Source of the DNA: an uncultured bacterium
GTDB taxonomy: Bacteria > Verrucomicrobiota > Kiritimatiellia > RFP12 > UBA1067
Direction of reading: 5' to 3'
Assembly (NCBI GenBank): GCA_902799715.1
Contig: CADCBS010000004.1
Span: 1-60,540, forward strand
DNA: 60,540 bases
Every line of letters starts with the position of its first letter. Position 1 is the first letter of the stretch. Positions 43,130-52,565 of this stretch are shown here, piece after piece. The notes below the pieces were generated by a model that saw nothing but the letters and a program-made list of their open reading frames with translations, searched no databases and was not told the DNA's origin. Both the position numbers and the translations under genes were made by a program.

Positions 43130-44368
43130 TCAGCTCCGGCACTGCCCGGAGCCTTTTATCCTGTATTTGTACGTCGTCAACTCTTCAAGGCCCATCGGGC
43201 CGCGCGCGTGCAGCTTGTCGGTGGAAATGCCTATCTCCGCGCCCATGCCGAACTCGGCGCCGTCGGTGAACCGCGTGGACGCGTTCACGTACACCGCCGC
43301 GGAATCGACGTCGCGCAGGAATCTCTCCGCCGACGCCTCGGACCGCGTCACGATCGCGTCGGAGTGGTGCGACCCCCATGCGTTCACGTGCGCTATGGCT
43401 TCGTCTATCGACTTCACCACGGCCACGTTCATCTCGAGCGAAAGGAATTCGCGGGAGAAGTCGCAGCCGCTTTCGTGCAGCACGACCCCGGCCTTGCGCG
43501 CCCACTCCCGCACGCGGGGGAGGAACGCCGCCGCCTCGGCCTCGTGCACGAGAAGGCATTCCGCGGCGTTGCACGCCGAAGGGCGCTGCGCCTTCGAGTT
43601 GGCCGTCAGCGCCAGCGCCATGTCGAGGTCCGCCCCGGCGTCCACGTACACGTGGCACACGCCTTTGTAGTGCTTCAGCACCGGCACGAGCGCGGCCTCG
43701 GTCACGGCGCGTATAAGCCGCTCGCCGCCGCGCGGTATCGCCACGTCCACGTATTCCGGCAGCCGCACCAGTTCGCGCACGGCTTCGTGGTCCTGCACCG
43801 GCACGGACTGCACGGCCGCCGCGGCCGCCGGCCCGGCCGAGCGCGCGAGCGCCGCGGAAAGGACCGCCGAAAGGGCGGCGTTGGACCGCGCGGCCTCCTT
43901 GCCTCCGCGCAGTATTATCGCGTTGGAGGTCTTCAGGCACAGCGCGGCGGTGTCCACGCCCACGTTCGGCCGGGATTCGAATATCACCGCCACCACGCCG
44001 AACGGTTCGCGCGTCTTCAGTATCTCGAGCCCGTTCGGGCGCACCGTGCGCTTCACCGTCTCGCCCACCGGGTCCGGCAGCGCCGCCACTTCGCGAACGC
44101 CGCGCACCATCGCCGCGAAACGCTCCGGCGTCAGCGCGAGCCTGTCGACGAGCGCAGGCGGGTAGCCCGCCGCGCGCGCATCCGCCACGTCCTGCGCGTT
44201 CGCGGCCGCGATCTCCCCGCGCGACTCCTCCAGCGAGCGCGCGATCTCCTCCAGCGCCGCGTTCTTGCGCGCGGTGTCGAGCGTCCTGAGGAAACGCGAC
44301 GCCGCGCGCGCGTCTTTCGCGATCTTCAATACCGTCTCTGCGACTGTCACGGCAACCTCCCGGAGCAT
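43130..44368 (-). CDS. proA: Gamma-glutamyl phosphate reductase.
   Basis: ProA-like sequence throughout (e.g. GSHHSDAIVT). Start chosen at MLREV, 1 nt after the proB stop; the ORF is open to 44428. Confidence 0.85.
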   Translation of the reverse strand: MLREVAVTVAETVLKIAKDARAASRFLRTLDTARKNAALEEIARSLEESRGEIAAANAQDVADARAAGYPPALVDRLALTPERFAAMVRGVREVAALPDPVGETVKRTVRPNGLEILKTREPFGVVAVIFESRPNVGVDTAALCLKTSNAIILRGGKEAARSNAALSAVLSAALARSAGPAAAAAVQSVPVQDHEAVRELVRLPEYVDVAIPRGGERLIRAVTEAALVPVLKHYKGVCHVYVDAGADLDMALALTANSKAQRPSACNAAECLLVHEAEAAAFLPRVREWARKAGVVLHESGCDFSREFLSLEMNVAVVKSIDEAIAHVNAWGSHHSDAIVTRSEASAERFLRDVDSAAVYVNASTRFTDGAEFGMGAEIGISTDKLHARGPMGLEELTTYKYRIKGSGQCRS

Positions 44369-44369
44369 G

Positions 44370-45179
44370 TCACATCGCCGTGGCGGCCATGAACGTGCCG
44401 CAGTCTTCGCCGGCGAAAACCCTGTCAAGCACCTTCGGCTTGCGCCCGTCTGCTATGACCACGTTCGCGCCCGCCTTGCACGCCGCGCGCGCCGCGGCCA
44501 GCTTCGAATCCATGCCGCCCTTCGAAAGCGCGCCCTTCGCGCCGGCGCGCACGAGCTTCAGCGCGTCCGCGAAGCGCTCCACCTCGGGCACGCGCCGTCC
44601 CGCGGCGTCGAGCAGACCGTCCACCGTGGACAGCAGCACCAGCGCGTCGGCGCGGACGAGCTTCGCGATCAGCGCCGACAGCCTGTCGTTGTCGCCGAAC
44701 GCGAGCCCTTTCAGCTCCTCGTCGGACACCACGTCGTTCTCGTTTATCACCGGAACGATTCCGGCGCGCATCAGATGGTCCAGCACTCGCCGCACGTTCA
44801 AGGCGCGGCGCCTGTCGTTGAAATCGGCGCGCGTCAGCAGCACCTGCCCGATCTTCACGCCCTCGGCGGCGAAAAGCCGCTCGTACTCGTTGATGTACCG
44901 GGCCTGTCCCACCGCCGCGCACATCTGCACGTCGTTCACCTGCTTCGGGCGCGCCTTCAGGCCCAGCGCCTCGACGCCCGCCGCGACCGCGCCGGACGAT
45001 ACGAACGCCACCTCCACGCCGGACTTCTCCAGCGCGCAGATCTGCGACACGAGCCTTCTGAGCACTCTCCTGTCGGGGCGCCCGGTCTGCGTGGCTATCG
45101 CGTGCGTGCCGACCTTGACCACTACCCGGCGCGCGTCGCGCATCACGCCCCTGCATTTCAGCGGTTCTTTCATTGCCAT
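44370..45179 (-). CDS. proB: Glutamate 5-kinase (short form without a PUA domain).
   Basis: RRVVVKVGTHAI, VAFVSSGAVAAG and VPVINENDVV motifs. GGAAG SD before ATG 45179; the ORF is open to 45203. Confidence 0.85.
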   Translation of the reverse strand: MAMKEPLKCRGVMRDARRVVVKVGTHAIATQTGRPDRRVLRRLVSQICALEKSGVEVAFVSSGAVAAGVEALGLKARPKQVNDVQMCAAVGQARYINEYERLFAAEGVKIGQVLLTRADFNDRRRALNVRRVLDHLMRAGIVPVINENDVVSDEELKGLAFGDNDRLSALIAKLVRADALVLLSTVDGLLDAAGRRVPEVERFADALKLVRAGAKGALSKGGMDSKLAAARAACKAGANVVIADGRKPKVLDRVFAGEDCGTFMAATAM

Positions 45180-45321
45180 GCTTTTTCTTCCGGGGGGATC
45201 CATGCGGAATTCCAGACGTTCCGCCCCCGCGCCTGCAGCTGCCGTGCCGGCCGCGCGGCCGGAAAACCGGTTCCGTCCAAGGCCGCGGCGCCCGTGGCGC
45301 CGCTCCAGAGCCTTCGCTTTC

Positions 45322-45398
45322 TGGTGGGGCTGCCGGGAATCGAACCCGGAACCTACGGTTTAGGAAACCGTCGCTCTGTCCAGTTGAGCTACAACCCC
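45322..45398 (-). tRNA. tRNA-Arg (anticodon CCU) with encoded CCA.
   Basis: Cloverleaf folded by hand: acceptor GGGGTTG/CAGCCCC, D-arm GCTC..GAGC with GG, anticodon stem ACGGT/ACCGT with loop TTCCTAA, T-arm CCGGG-TTCGATT-CCCGG, then discriminator A and CCA. Confidence 0.9.
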
Positions 45399-45499
45399 GC
45401 GGAAGATTTGGGTATTATAGCACAACTTTCCGTTTTGCGCCATACCCCGCGCGCCGCCGCGCGGGCCGCGGCGGCGGATTCGCAATGCGGGGCGGTTTA

Positions 45500-45508
45500 T
45501 GGTAGACT
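45500..45508 (+). promoter_or_regulatory. Extended -10 TGgTAGACT, 6 nt upstream of the pgsA ATG (leaderless).
   Basis: Read directly. No SD. Confidence 0.45.
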
Positions 45509-45514
45509 TGCGCC

Positions 45515-46171
45515 ATGGAAAAGAAAAGAAAACACGCAATCGCCGTGAACGCGATAACGTTCTCGCGCGTCCCGATGATCCTGCTGTACCTCGTATTCGC
45601 CGTCCTGCAGGTCTGCTGCTTCAGGCCGGATTCAGCCGGGGCGTTCGCTTTCGCCTGGATCGCCGGCCTTTTCATGTTCGGCGCCGGGATATCCGATTTC
45701 TTCGACGGACGGCTCGCGCGCAAGTGGGGCGTGGTGTCGGACCTGGGCAAGCTCGCGGACCCGCTGATGGACAAGGTCTTCTTCATAACGGCGTTCCCGT
45801 CGCTCGTGTGGATAGCCGGCACGCGCCCCGGCGAGGAGGCGCACGCCGTCCTTCTGCTTTTCTTCGCCGTGTTCTGCATTCTGCGCGACCAGTGGGTCAC
45901 TTTCATGCGCACGCTGGCCGCCGCCGACGGCAAGGAGATCTCCGCGCAGTGGATCGGCAAGGTGCGCACCGCGCTGTCGTTCCCCGCGGCGGGTTTCGTA
46001 TACGCCTACGAAACCATGTTCCCGTTCCTGCCGGATTCCTTCCGCGGGCCGTGGCGCGGCGCCTGCATGGCAGCGGAGGCGTTCCTGCTCGTGCTCAATT
46101 TCTACTCGGCGTGGGTGTACACCGTCCGCTACTGGCCGAGCGTGCGCAAGGCCGCCGGCGGACGGCATTGA
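45515..46171 (+). CDS. pgsA: CDP-alcohol phosphatidyltransferase (CDP-diacylglycerol--glycerol-3-phosphate 3-phosphatidyltransferase-like).
   Basis: DG(x2)AR(x8)G(x3)D(x3)D motif: DFFDGRLARKWGVVSDLGKLADPLMDK. Confidence 0.8.
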   Translation: MEKKRKHAIAVNAITFSRVPMILLYLVFAVLQVCCFRPDSAGAFAFAWIAGLFMFGAGISDFFDGRLARKWGVVSDLGKLADPLMDKVFFITAFPSLVWIAGTRPGEEAHAVLLLFFAVFCILRDQWVTFMRTLAAADGKEISAQWIGKVRTALSFPAAGFVYAYETMFPFLPDSFRGPWRGACMAAEAFLLVLNFYSAWVYTVRYWPSVRKAAGGRH

Positions 46172-46176
46172 AACGG

Positions 46177-46200
46177 CCGCCGCCCGGCGCCGGGCGGCGG
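46177..46200 (+). terminator. Perfect 12+12 GC palindrome directly after the pgsA stop (CCGCCGCCCGGC/GCCGGGCGGCGG).
   Basis: Read directly. It is followed by an A-run rather than a T-run, so terminator function is uncertain. Confidence 0.3.
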
Positions 46201-46223
46201 CGGAAAAAAGAAAGGCAAAAGAC

Positions 46224-47297
46224 ATGTCCATAACGTGCGAACCGTTCGGCAAGACCAGATACGGCGAGGAAACGAGGCTCTTCACCATACAGGGCAGGGG
46301 CGGGCTGAAAATGTGCGTCACCGACTGGGGCGGCCGCGTGGTGCGGCTCTACACGCCCGACAGGAACGGCGAACTGAAGGACGTCACCGTGGGCTTCGAC
46401 GATCCCTCCGGCTACGAGAACACCGACCGCTACTGGGCCGCGCTGATCGGCCGCGTGGGCAACCGCATCGGCGGCGGAAAGTTCAAGCTCGACGGGAAGG
46501 AATACACGCTCGCCCTGAACAACTTCCCCGCCGGCATCGGCTGCCACCTGCACGGCGGCGAACGCGGCTGGGACAGCTACGTCTGGGACGCGAAGCCTTT
46601 CGAGGAGGGCGATTGCGCAGGCATCGTGTTCTCCCGCACGAGCCCCGACGGCGAGGAGGGCTATCCGGGCACGGTGGACGTGTCGGTGAAATACACCGTG
46701 ACGCCGGACAACGTCTGGCGCGTGGAATACACGGCCACGACCGACAAGGCCACGCCGGTTAACATGACCCAGCACGTCTATTTCAACTTCAAGGGCGAGG
46801 CCGGCGGCACCATCTGCGACCACACGCTCCAGATCGAGTCCGACGTGTTCACGCCCTACGGGCCGGACCAGATCCCGACCGGCGAGCTGCGCGCCGTGGA
46901 GGGCACGCCTTTCGACTTCCGCGAGCCGCAGGCCATCGGCTCGCGCATCGACGCCGACGACGACCAGATACGCTTCGGCAAGGGCTACGACCACAACTGG
47001 GTGCTGCGCAACGCCTCCGGCGCGCTCGCCCGCGCCGCCACTCTGCGCGAGCCGGCGAGCGGACGCAAGCTCGAAGTGTGGACCACCGAGCCCGCCGTGC
47101 AGGTGTACACGGCGAACTGGTGCCAGAACGGCTGGAAGGCGAAGGGCGGCGACGTCCTGTGCGAACGCTGCGCGATCGCCCTGGAGACGCAGCACTTCCC
47201 AGACGCCCCGAACAAGCCGGGCTTCCCGTCGATAATCCTGCGCCCCGGCGACATCTACCGCACGACCACCGAATTCCGCTTCTCCGCCGAGGCGTGA
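46224..47297 (+). CDS. galM: Aldose 1-epimerase (galactose mutarotase).
   Basis: GRVGNRIGGGKFKLDGKEYTLALNN and LHGG motifs. 357 aa. Confidence 0.8.
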   Translation: MSITCEPFGKTRYGEETRLFTIQGRGGLKMCVTDWGGRVVRLYTPDRNGELKDVTVGFDDPSGYENTDRYWAALIGRVGNRIGGGKFKLDGKEYTLALNNFPAGIGCHLHGGERGWDSYVWDAKPFEEGDCAGIVFSRTSPDGEEGYPGTVDVSVKYTVTPDNVWRVEYTATTDKATPVNMTQHVYFNFKGEAGGTICDHTLQIESDVFTPYGPDQIPTGELRAVEGTPFDFREPQAIGSRIDADDDQIRFGKGYDHNWVLRNASGALARAATLREPASGRKLEVWTTEPAVQVYTANWCQNGWKAKGGDVLCERCAIALETQHFPDAPNKPGFPSIILRPGDIYRTTTEFRFSAEA

Positions 47298-47341
47298 CCG
47301 CGCGCGGAAGGAACAAGGAAAACGGCGAAGGAGACAGGAAG

Positions 47342-49069
47342 ATGAAGATGACGATGTTCGCGGCCGCCGCGCTGTCCGCGGCCGCTACGCTCTTCGCGGG
47401 CGAGAAGGAGTATATCTGGCCCGAGGGGAAGATGCCCGACGCGCAGCCGCACCAGATCGCGGCCATGACCGACGTTTCCACGAAGAAGGGCTTCAAGCCC
47501 GGCGAATGGCGCAAGCCGTACATAGAATGGTTCGACCCGCCGGCGCCGGCCGCCAACACCGGCGTGTGCATGATCCTGATATCCGGCGGCGCCTACAACG
47601 TCCAGTGCGACATCAGCCTCGTGCGCCAATGGCGGGAAAAACTCGCCGCGCTCGGCGTGACGTGCGTAAGCCTGGTCCACCGCACCCCCCGCCCGAAGGG
47701 CCTGCCGATATGGCAGTCCGCATGGGAGGACGGACAGCGCGCCGTGAGGCTTGTGCGCAGCCAGGCCGCCAAGCGCGGATTCGACCCCGGCAAGATAGGC
47801 GTGATGTCGATGTCCGCCGGCTCGCACCTGGCGGTCCTGCTCGCCACGAGTTCGCTCACGCCGGCGTACGCGCCGGTCGACGCACTCGACGCGCAGCCGT
47901 GCAACATAAACTTCGCATGCACGTTCGCGATAGCCTACGCGATGTCCGACGGCGTGGGCATGCCGAACAGGCAGGGCGGCGACGCGCCCGGCGTGACGCT
48001 GGACCCAGTGTTCAAGTTCGACGCCAAGACCTGCCCGGTGTGGATGTCGCACGGCGGCAACGATCCGTACGCGCCAGCGTCCTCCGCGCACGTCTACCGC
48101 AGGCTGCGCGAACGCGGCGTCCCGGCCGAGCTGCACCTGTACCCCGGCAAGCGGCACGGCGCGTTCGGCTTCGACCGCGCGGTCGAGTTCATGCGCCAGA
48201 TGCGCTTTCTGCCGTGCGGCCCGGAAAAGCCGCTGATGAAGCGCTTCCCGGACGATTCCGCGCGCGCGAAATACGCGAAGAAGGCGGTCTGGCCCAAAGG
48301 CAAGACCCCGGACTTCCAGAAGAACCAGTGCGAACCGTACCTTGAATGGCACTTCCCGAAGAAGCTTTCCACGAAGGCGATCCAGATAATATTCTCCGGC
48401 GGCTCGTACCAAGGCAATTCCCCCGAAGGCTTCGAGGTCAAGCCGGCGCGCCGCTACCTGAACGCGAAGGGAATGACGGTCGTGACCGTGCGATACCGCA
48501 CGCCGCGCCCGGCGGCGCCGCTCGCCAAACACGTCACCGCTTGGCAGGACCTCCAGCGCGCGATCAGGCTGGTCCGCGCCGAAGCTCCGAAGCACGGGCT
48601 CGACCCGGACCGCATCGGCGTGATGGGGTCTTCCGCGGGCGGGCATCTCGCGCTCATGTGCGCGACAAGCTCCACGCAGGCCGCGTACAAGCCGATCGAC
48701 GAAACCGACTCGATCCCCTGCAACGTGCAGTGGGCCGTGGCCATCTATCCGGCGTACGCGCTCGACGACGGCGCGGAGGCGTTCAACACTACCGGCGGCA
48801 ACGCCGATTCCGCGCGGCTCGTCCCCGAATTCAAGTTCGACTCCGCCACGCCGCCGGTTCTCTTCGTGCACGGCGACGCAGACAAGTGGGCAGCGATGAA
48901 TTCCGTGAAGGCGTGGGAACGGCTCCGCCGCATGGGCGTGCAGGGCGAGCTGCACACGCTGGCGCTGCGCGGCCACTGCTTCCAGAAGACGGCTTCGCCA
49001 GGCACGGGAAGCTACACGTACCTCGACCGCATCTGGGAATTCCTGTCCGGCAAGAAGCTGAACAAGTAG
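47342..49069 (+). CDS. Secreted tandem alpha/beta-hydrolase with two esterase/lipase-like domains (carbohydrate esterase candidate).
   Basis: Signal MKMTMFAAAALSAAATLFAG. Two GxSxG nucleophile elbows (GVMSMSAGSHLA, GVMGSSAGGHLA), with repeated EKEYIWPEGKMPD / KKAVWPKGKTPD openings. Confidence 0.7.
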   Translation: MKMTMFAAAALSAAATLFAGEKEYIWPEGKMPDAQPHQIAAMTDVSTKKGFKPGEWRKPYIEWFDPPAPAANTGVCMILISGGAYNVQCDISLVRQWREKLAALGVTCVSLVHRTPRPKGLPIWQSAWEDGQRAVRLVRSQAAKRGFDPGKIGVMSMSAGSHLAVLLATSSLTPAYAPVDALDAQPCNINFACTFAIAYAMSDGVGMPNRQGGDAPGVTLDPVFKFDAKTCPVWMSHGGNDPYAPASSAHVYRRLRERGVPAELHLYPGKRHGAFGFDRAVEFMRQMRFLPCGPEKPLMKRFPDDSARAKYAKKAVWPKGKTPDFQKNQCEPYLEWHFPKKLSTKAIQIIFSGGSYQGNSPEGFEVKPARRYLNAKGMTVVTVRYRTPRPAAPLAKHVTAWQDLQRAIRLVRAEAPKHGLDPDRIGVMGSSAGGHLALMCATSSTQAAYKPIDETDSIPCNVQWAVAIYPAYALDDGAEAFNTTGGNADSARLVPEFKFDSATPPVLFVHGDADKWAAMNSVKAWERLRRMGVQGELHTLALRGHCFQKTASPGTGSYTYLDRIWEFLSGKKLNK

Positions 49070-49097
49070 CGGCGCTCGGAGGCGCAAGGAGGACGCG

Positions 49098-50474
49098 ATG
49101 GGATTCTTCAAGGCATACGACATGCGCGGGACGTTCGGAAAGGACTTCACCGCCGACACCGTGCGCGCGGTGGGGGAGGCCCTTCCCGGAGTCGTCGGCG
49201 CGAAGAAATTCCTCGTGGGCCGCGACATGCGCCTCACGTCGCGCACCGTGCGCGACGCCCTCGTGGCGGGCCTCCTTTCCGCCGGCGCCGAGGTGGACGA
49301 CATCGGCCCCGCGACGACCCCGATGGTCTACTTCTTCACGGCGGACGGAGACTGCGGCGCAAGCGTGCAGATCACGGCTTCGCACAACCCCGCAGGCGAC
49401 AACGGGATGAAGGTTTCCTTCGGCGACGCCATGCCGGTCGGCTACGCGAACGGCATCGGCGAACTCGAGAAGATCGCCGGCGCACGCCTCGCATCCGGCC
49501 GGCCCGTCCCGCCGTTCGCGGACGTCCCGGCGCTTTTTCCAGCGCCGGAGGAGCCGGACGCCGCGCGGCTCGCGCGGTACGTGGAATGGATGCGCGAACG
49601 CCTTTCGCCGGACGCCGCCAAGGTGAAATTCGCCGTGGACTGCTCAAACGGCATGGCGTCGCTCTTCGCCCGCACGCTCTTCGGCGGCGCGGCCGTGCGG
49701 CTGAACGACGTCCCGGACGGCTCGTTCCCCGCCCACTCCCCGAACCCGCTCGCCGCGGAGGCCCGCGCGCAGATCTCCGCCGCGGTGCGGGAACAGGGCC
49801 TGGATCTCGGGCTGATATTCGACGGCGACGCCGACCGCGTGATGGCGGTGGACCGCGACGGGGATTTCGTCCAGCCGGACTTCCTCATCCCCGCGGTCGC
49901 CTCCACGTACCTGCGCGCGGAGCCGGGCGCGCCCGTGCTGCACGACGTCCGCACTTCGCGCGCCGCGATCGAGGCGCTGCGCGCCGCCGGCGCGCGCCCG
50001 GTGATGGGCAAGGTCGGGCACGCCTTCGCCAAGCCTCTCATGCGCAAAACGGGCGCGCCGTGCGGCGGCGAACTCGCCGGGCACTACTACTTCCGCGAAT
50101 TCGCCTGCTGCGACTCCGGCGCGCTCGCCGCCGTGAGGCTGCTGAATTTCGCAGCCGAAGCGCGCGAAGCCGGATCGTCGTTCACGGACCGCATCCGCCC
50201 GCTCGTCTCGAAATACGCGAACTCCGGGGAGCTGAACTTCACGGTCGCGGACAAGCCGGCCGCGATAGGCAGGGCCTTGAAGGCCGCGGAATCCATAGGC
50301 AGGGAAGTTTCGCGGAGCGACATCGACGGCTTCCGCATCGAATACGAAGAAGGCTGGGTGTCGATACGCCAGTCGAACACCGAGCCTTATCTGCGCCTGA
50401 TAATCGAAACGGACGGCGCGGAGCGCCTCGCGGCGTGGAAGGCCGCCCTGTCGGCGGCCGTGGCCGCGGCCTGA
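49098..50474 (+). CDS. Phosphomannomutase/phosphoglucomutase (alpha-D-phosphohexomutase family).
   Basis: Active-site loop TASHNPAGDNGMK and Mg site FDGDADR. Confidence 0.85.
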   Translation: MGFFKAYDMRGTFGKDFTADTVRAVGEALPGVVGAKKFLVGRDMRLTSRTVRDALVAGLLSAGAEVDDIGPATTPMVYFFTADGDCGASVQITASHNPAGDNGMKVSFGDAMPVGYANGIGELEKIAGARLASGRPVPPFADVPALFPAPEEPDAARLARYVEWMRERLSPDAAKVKFAVDCSNGMASLFARTLFGGAAVRLNDVPDGSFPAHSPNPLAAEARAQISAAVREQGLDLGLIFDGDADRVMAVDRDGDFVQPDFLIPAVASTYLRAEPGAPVLHDVRTSRAAIEALRAAGARPVMGKVGHAFAKPLMRKTGAPCGGELAGHYYFREFACCDSGALAAVRLLNFAAEAREAGSSFTDRIRPLVSKYANSGELNFTVADKPAAIGRALKAAESIGREVSRSDIDGFRIEYEEGWVSIRQSNTEPYLRLIIETDGAERLAAWKAALSAAVAAA

Positions 50475-50529
50475 CGCCGCGCGCCGCCGGCGCGGGCCGG
50501 CCGGTCCGGTTCTTGGAACTCCGGCCGGA

Positions 50530-51894
50530 TCAGTTCTTGAAACTGTGGATGGGCGCGGGGATGCGCCCCTTCCTGGCGATGAGGCGCGAGCAGTCGAACG
50601 TGTTCACCGGCATGACCGGCGCGTGGCCGAGCAGCCCGCCGAATTCCACCGTGTCGCCCGCGCGCTTGCCGGACACCGGAATCACGCGCACGGCGGTTGT
50701 CTTCTGGTTCACCATGCCGATCGCGGCTTCGTCGGCGATGATGCCGGCTATCGCGGCCGCGGACGTGTCGCCCGGGATCGCGATCATGTCCAGCCCCACG
50801 GAGCAGACGCACGTCATCGCCTCGAGCTTTTCGATCGTGAGCGCGCCGGCCTGGACGGCGTCGATCATCCCCTGGTCTTCCGACACCGGGATGAACGCGC
50901 CGGAAAGCCCGCCCACGTAGGAGCTGGCCATCACGCCGCCCTTCTTCACCTGGTCGTTCAAAAGCGCCAGCGCGGCAGTCGTGCCCGGCGCACCGGGATG
51001 CTCCACGCCGATTTCGCGCAGGATGTCCGCCACCGAATCGCCCACGGCCGGGGTGGGCGCGAGCGAAAGGTCGATTATCCCGAACGGCACGCCCAGCCGC
51101 CGCGACGCCTCCTGCGCCACGAGCTGCCCCACGCGCGTTATCTTGAAGGCCGTGCGCTTTACCGTCTCGCACAGGGTTTCGAAATCCGCGCCGGGAATCT
51201 GCGCGAGCGCGCACTTCACCACGCCGGGGCCGCTCACGCCCACGTTCACCACGGCGTCGCCTTCGGACACGCCGTGGAACGCTCCGGCCATGAACGGGTT
51301 GTCGTCCGGCGCGTTGCAGAGGACCACCAGCTTCGCGCAGGCGATGGAATCCCTGTCCTTCGTGCGCTCGGCCGCCGCCTTCACCGTCTCGCCCATCAGG
51401 CGCACGGCGTCCATGTCGATGCCAGTCTTGGTGGAGCCTACGTTCACGCTGGAGCATATCCGCTCCGTAGAGGCCAGCGCCTCGGGGATGGAGCGTATCA
51501 GAAGTTCGTCGGCGGGCGTCATGCCTTTCGACACCACTGCCGAGAACCCGCCCAGGAAGTTCACGCCCAGATCGCGCGCCGCGTCGTCGAGCGTGCGGGC
51601 GATGTCCACGAAATCCTGCGGGCTCCTGCAGCAGGACGCGCCCACGGCCGCCGCCGGCGTCACGGACACGCGCTTGTTCACTATCGGCACGCCGAACTCG
51701 CTCGCGATGGCGTCGCCAGTCTCCACGAGCCGCCCCGCGCAGCGTTTCAGCTTCGCGCATATCTTCCTGCGGCACTCCGCCACGCTGGCGTCCGCGCAGT
51801 CGAGAAGCGACACGCCCATCGTTATCGTGCGCACGTCCAGGTTCTCGTCCTGGATCATCTTGTTCGTTTCGATGACTTCGCTTATGTTGATCAT
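50530..51894 (-). CDS. UPF0210 (DUF711/PFL4705) family protein.
   Basis: [33 protein letters not shown] is typical of UPF0210. Paired with an upstream ACT protein, as is usual for this family. Confidence 0.75.
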   Translation of the reverse strand: MINISEVIETNKMIQDENLDVRTITMGVSLLDCADASVAECRRKICAKLKRCAGRLVETGDAIASEFGVPIVNKRVSVTPAAAVGASCCRSPQDFVDIARTLDDAARDLGVNFLGGFSAVVSKGMTPADELLIRSIPEALASTERICSSVNVGSTKTGIDMDAVRLMGETVKAAAERTKDRDSIACAKLVVLCNAPDDNPFMAGAFHGVSEGDAVVNVGVSGPGVVKCALAQIPGADFETLCETVKRTAFKITRVGQLVAQEASRRLGVPFGIIDLSLAPTPAVGDSVADILREIGVEHPGAPGTTAALALLNDQVKKGGVMASSYVGGLSGAFIPVSEDQGMIDAVQAGALTIEKLEAMTCVCSVGLDMIAIPGDTSAAAIAGIIADEAAIGMVNQKTTAVRVIPVSGKRAGDTVEFGGLLGHAPVMPVNTFDCSRLIARKGRIPAPIHSFKN

Positions 51895-51924
51895 TACGGC
51901 AGTCCCGTTCCGCGCGTCCGCAGG

Positions 51925-52197
51925 CTATATGCGGTGCATCTTCTCGAAAATCTCCGCCTTCTGGCACTTGACCTGCAGCCCCATCTCTTCGCCGGTCTTG
52001 GCCAGGCCGCCGGCGATTTCCCCGAACGGCCGCGAGGTCTCCGGCAGGTCCACCACCATCATCATGTTGAAGTAGCCCTGCACCACTGTCTGCGCGATGT
52101 CGAGTATGTTTATGCCGTTTTCGGCCAGGTATGTGCACGTCTTTGCGAGGATGCCTACGGTATCCTTGCCCACCACGGTAATTATCGCTTTGTTCAT
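51925..52197 (-). CDS. ACT domain protein (UPF0237 family).
   Basis: MNKAIITVVGKDTVGILAKTCTYLAENGINILDIAQT. The ORF is open to 52215. Confidence 0.75.
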   Translation of the reverse strand: MNKAIITVVGKDTVGILAKTCTYLAENGINILDIAQTVVQGYFNMMMVVDLPETSRPFGEIAGGLAKTGEEMGLQVKCQKAEIFEKMHRI

Positions 52198-52205
52198 GGG
52201 CGGAA

Positions 52206-52214
52206 AGTGTAGCA
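52206..52214 (-). promoter_or_regulatory. Extended -10 TGcTACACT, 8 nt upstream of the ACT-gene ATG (leaderless).
   Basis: Reverse complement read directly. No SD. Confidence 0.4.
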
Positions 52215-52259
52215 AAAACCGGCCTTGCGAAAAAAATCAAAAATTTTTCGAAAACACGC

Positions 52260-52288
52260 TTGCATTACGAAAAAGGATTTGATAACAT
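52260..52288 (+). promoter_or_regulatory. Promoter: -35 TTGCAT (52260-52265), 17-nt spacer, extended -10 TGaTAACAT (52280-52288). Preceded by a TTTTCGAAAA palindrome.
   Basis: Read directly in an AT-rich intergenic island. Confidence 0.5.
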
Positions 52289-52337
52289 ACGCGCAAACCC
52301 TTCGGGGTAATAAACACAAACAAAAAGGAAAATGAAA

Positions 52338-52472
52338 ATGAAGAAGCTCGTTATCGCCGCTCTCGCGCTCGCGGTTGTCGTCGCTGGTTGCAAGAAGGAA
52401 GCCAAGAAGGATGCCGCCAAGGGCACCAACGACACGGTTCAGGCCACCAACGCTCCGGCTCAGGCCAAGTAA
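52338..52472 (+). CDS. Small (44-46 aa) lysine-rich lipoprotein, absent from the ORF track.
   Basis: Hand translation: (MK)MKKLVIAALALAVVVAGC KKEAKKDAAKGTNDTVQATNAPAQAK, then stop. Lipobox VAGC. AGGA 8 nt before ATG 52338 (in-frame ATG also at 52332). Strong promoter and an intrinsic terminator flank it. Confidence 0.7.
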   Translation: MKKLVIAALALAVVVAGCKKEAKKDAAKGTNDTVQATNAPAQAK

Positions 52473-52492
52473 TCGCTTGCGATTGCGTGCTG

Positions 52493-52529
52493 AAACCCGG
52501 CTCCCCTTTCGGGGCGGCCGGGTTTTTTT
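52493..52529 (+). terminator. Rho-independent terminator (AAACCCGGCtCCCC-tttc-GGGGcgGCCGGGTTT + T-run).
   Basis: GC stem followed by TTTTTTT, read directly. Confidence 0.8.
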
Positions 52530-52565
52530 GTCCCTTCGCGCAACCGCCCCTGAGGGGAATCCGCA

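Noticed and set aside
45322-45398. tRNA-Arg as the integration site for the integrase-like gene.
   Set aside because: The recombinase-like gene is 14 kb away, with ordinary housekeeping genes (pgsA, galM, secA and others) in between. No direct repeat of the tRNA 3' end was seen.
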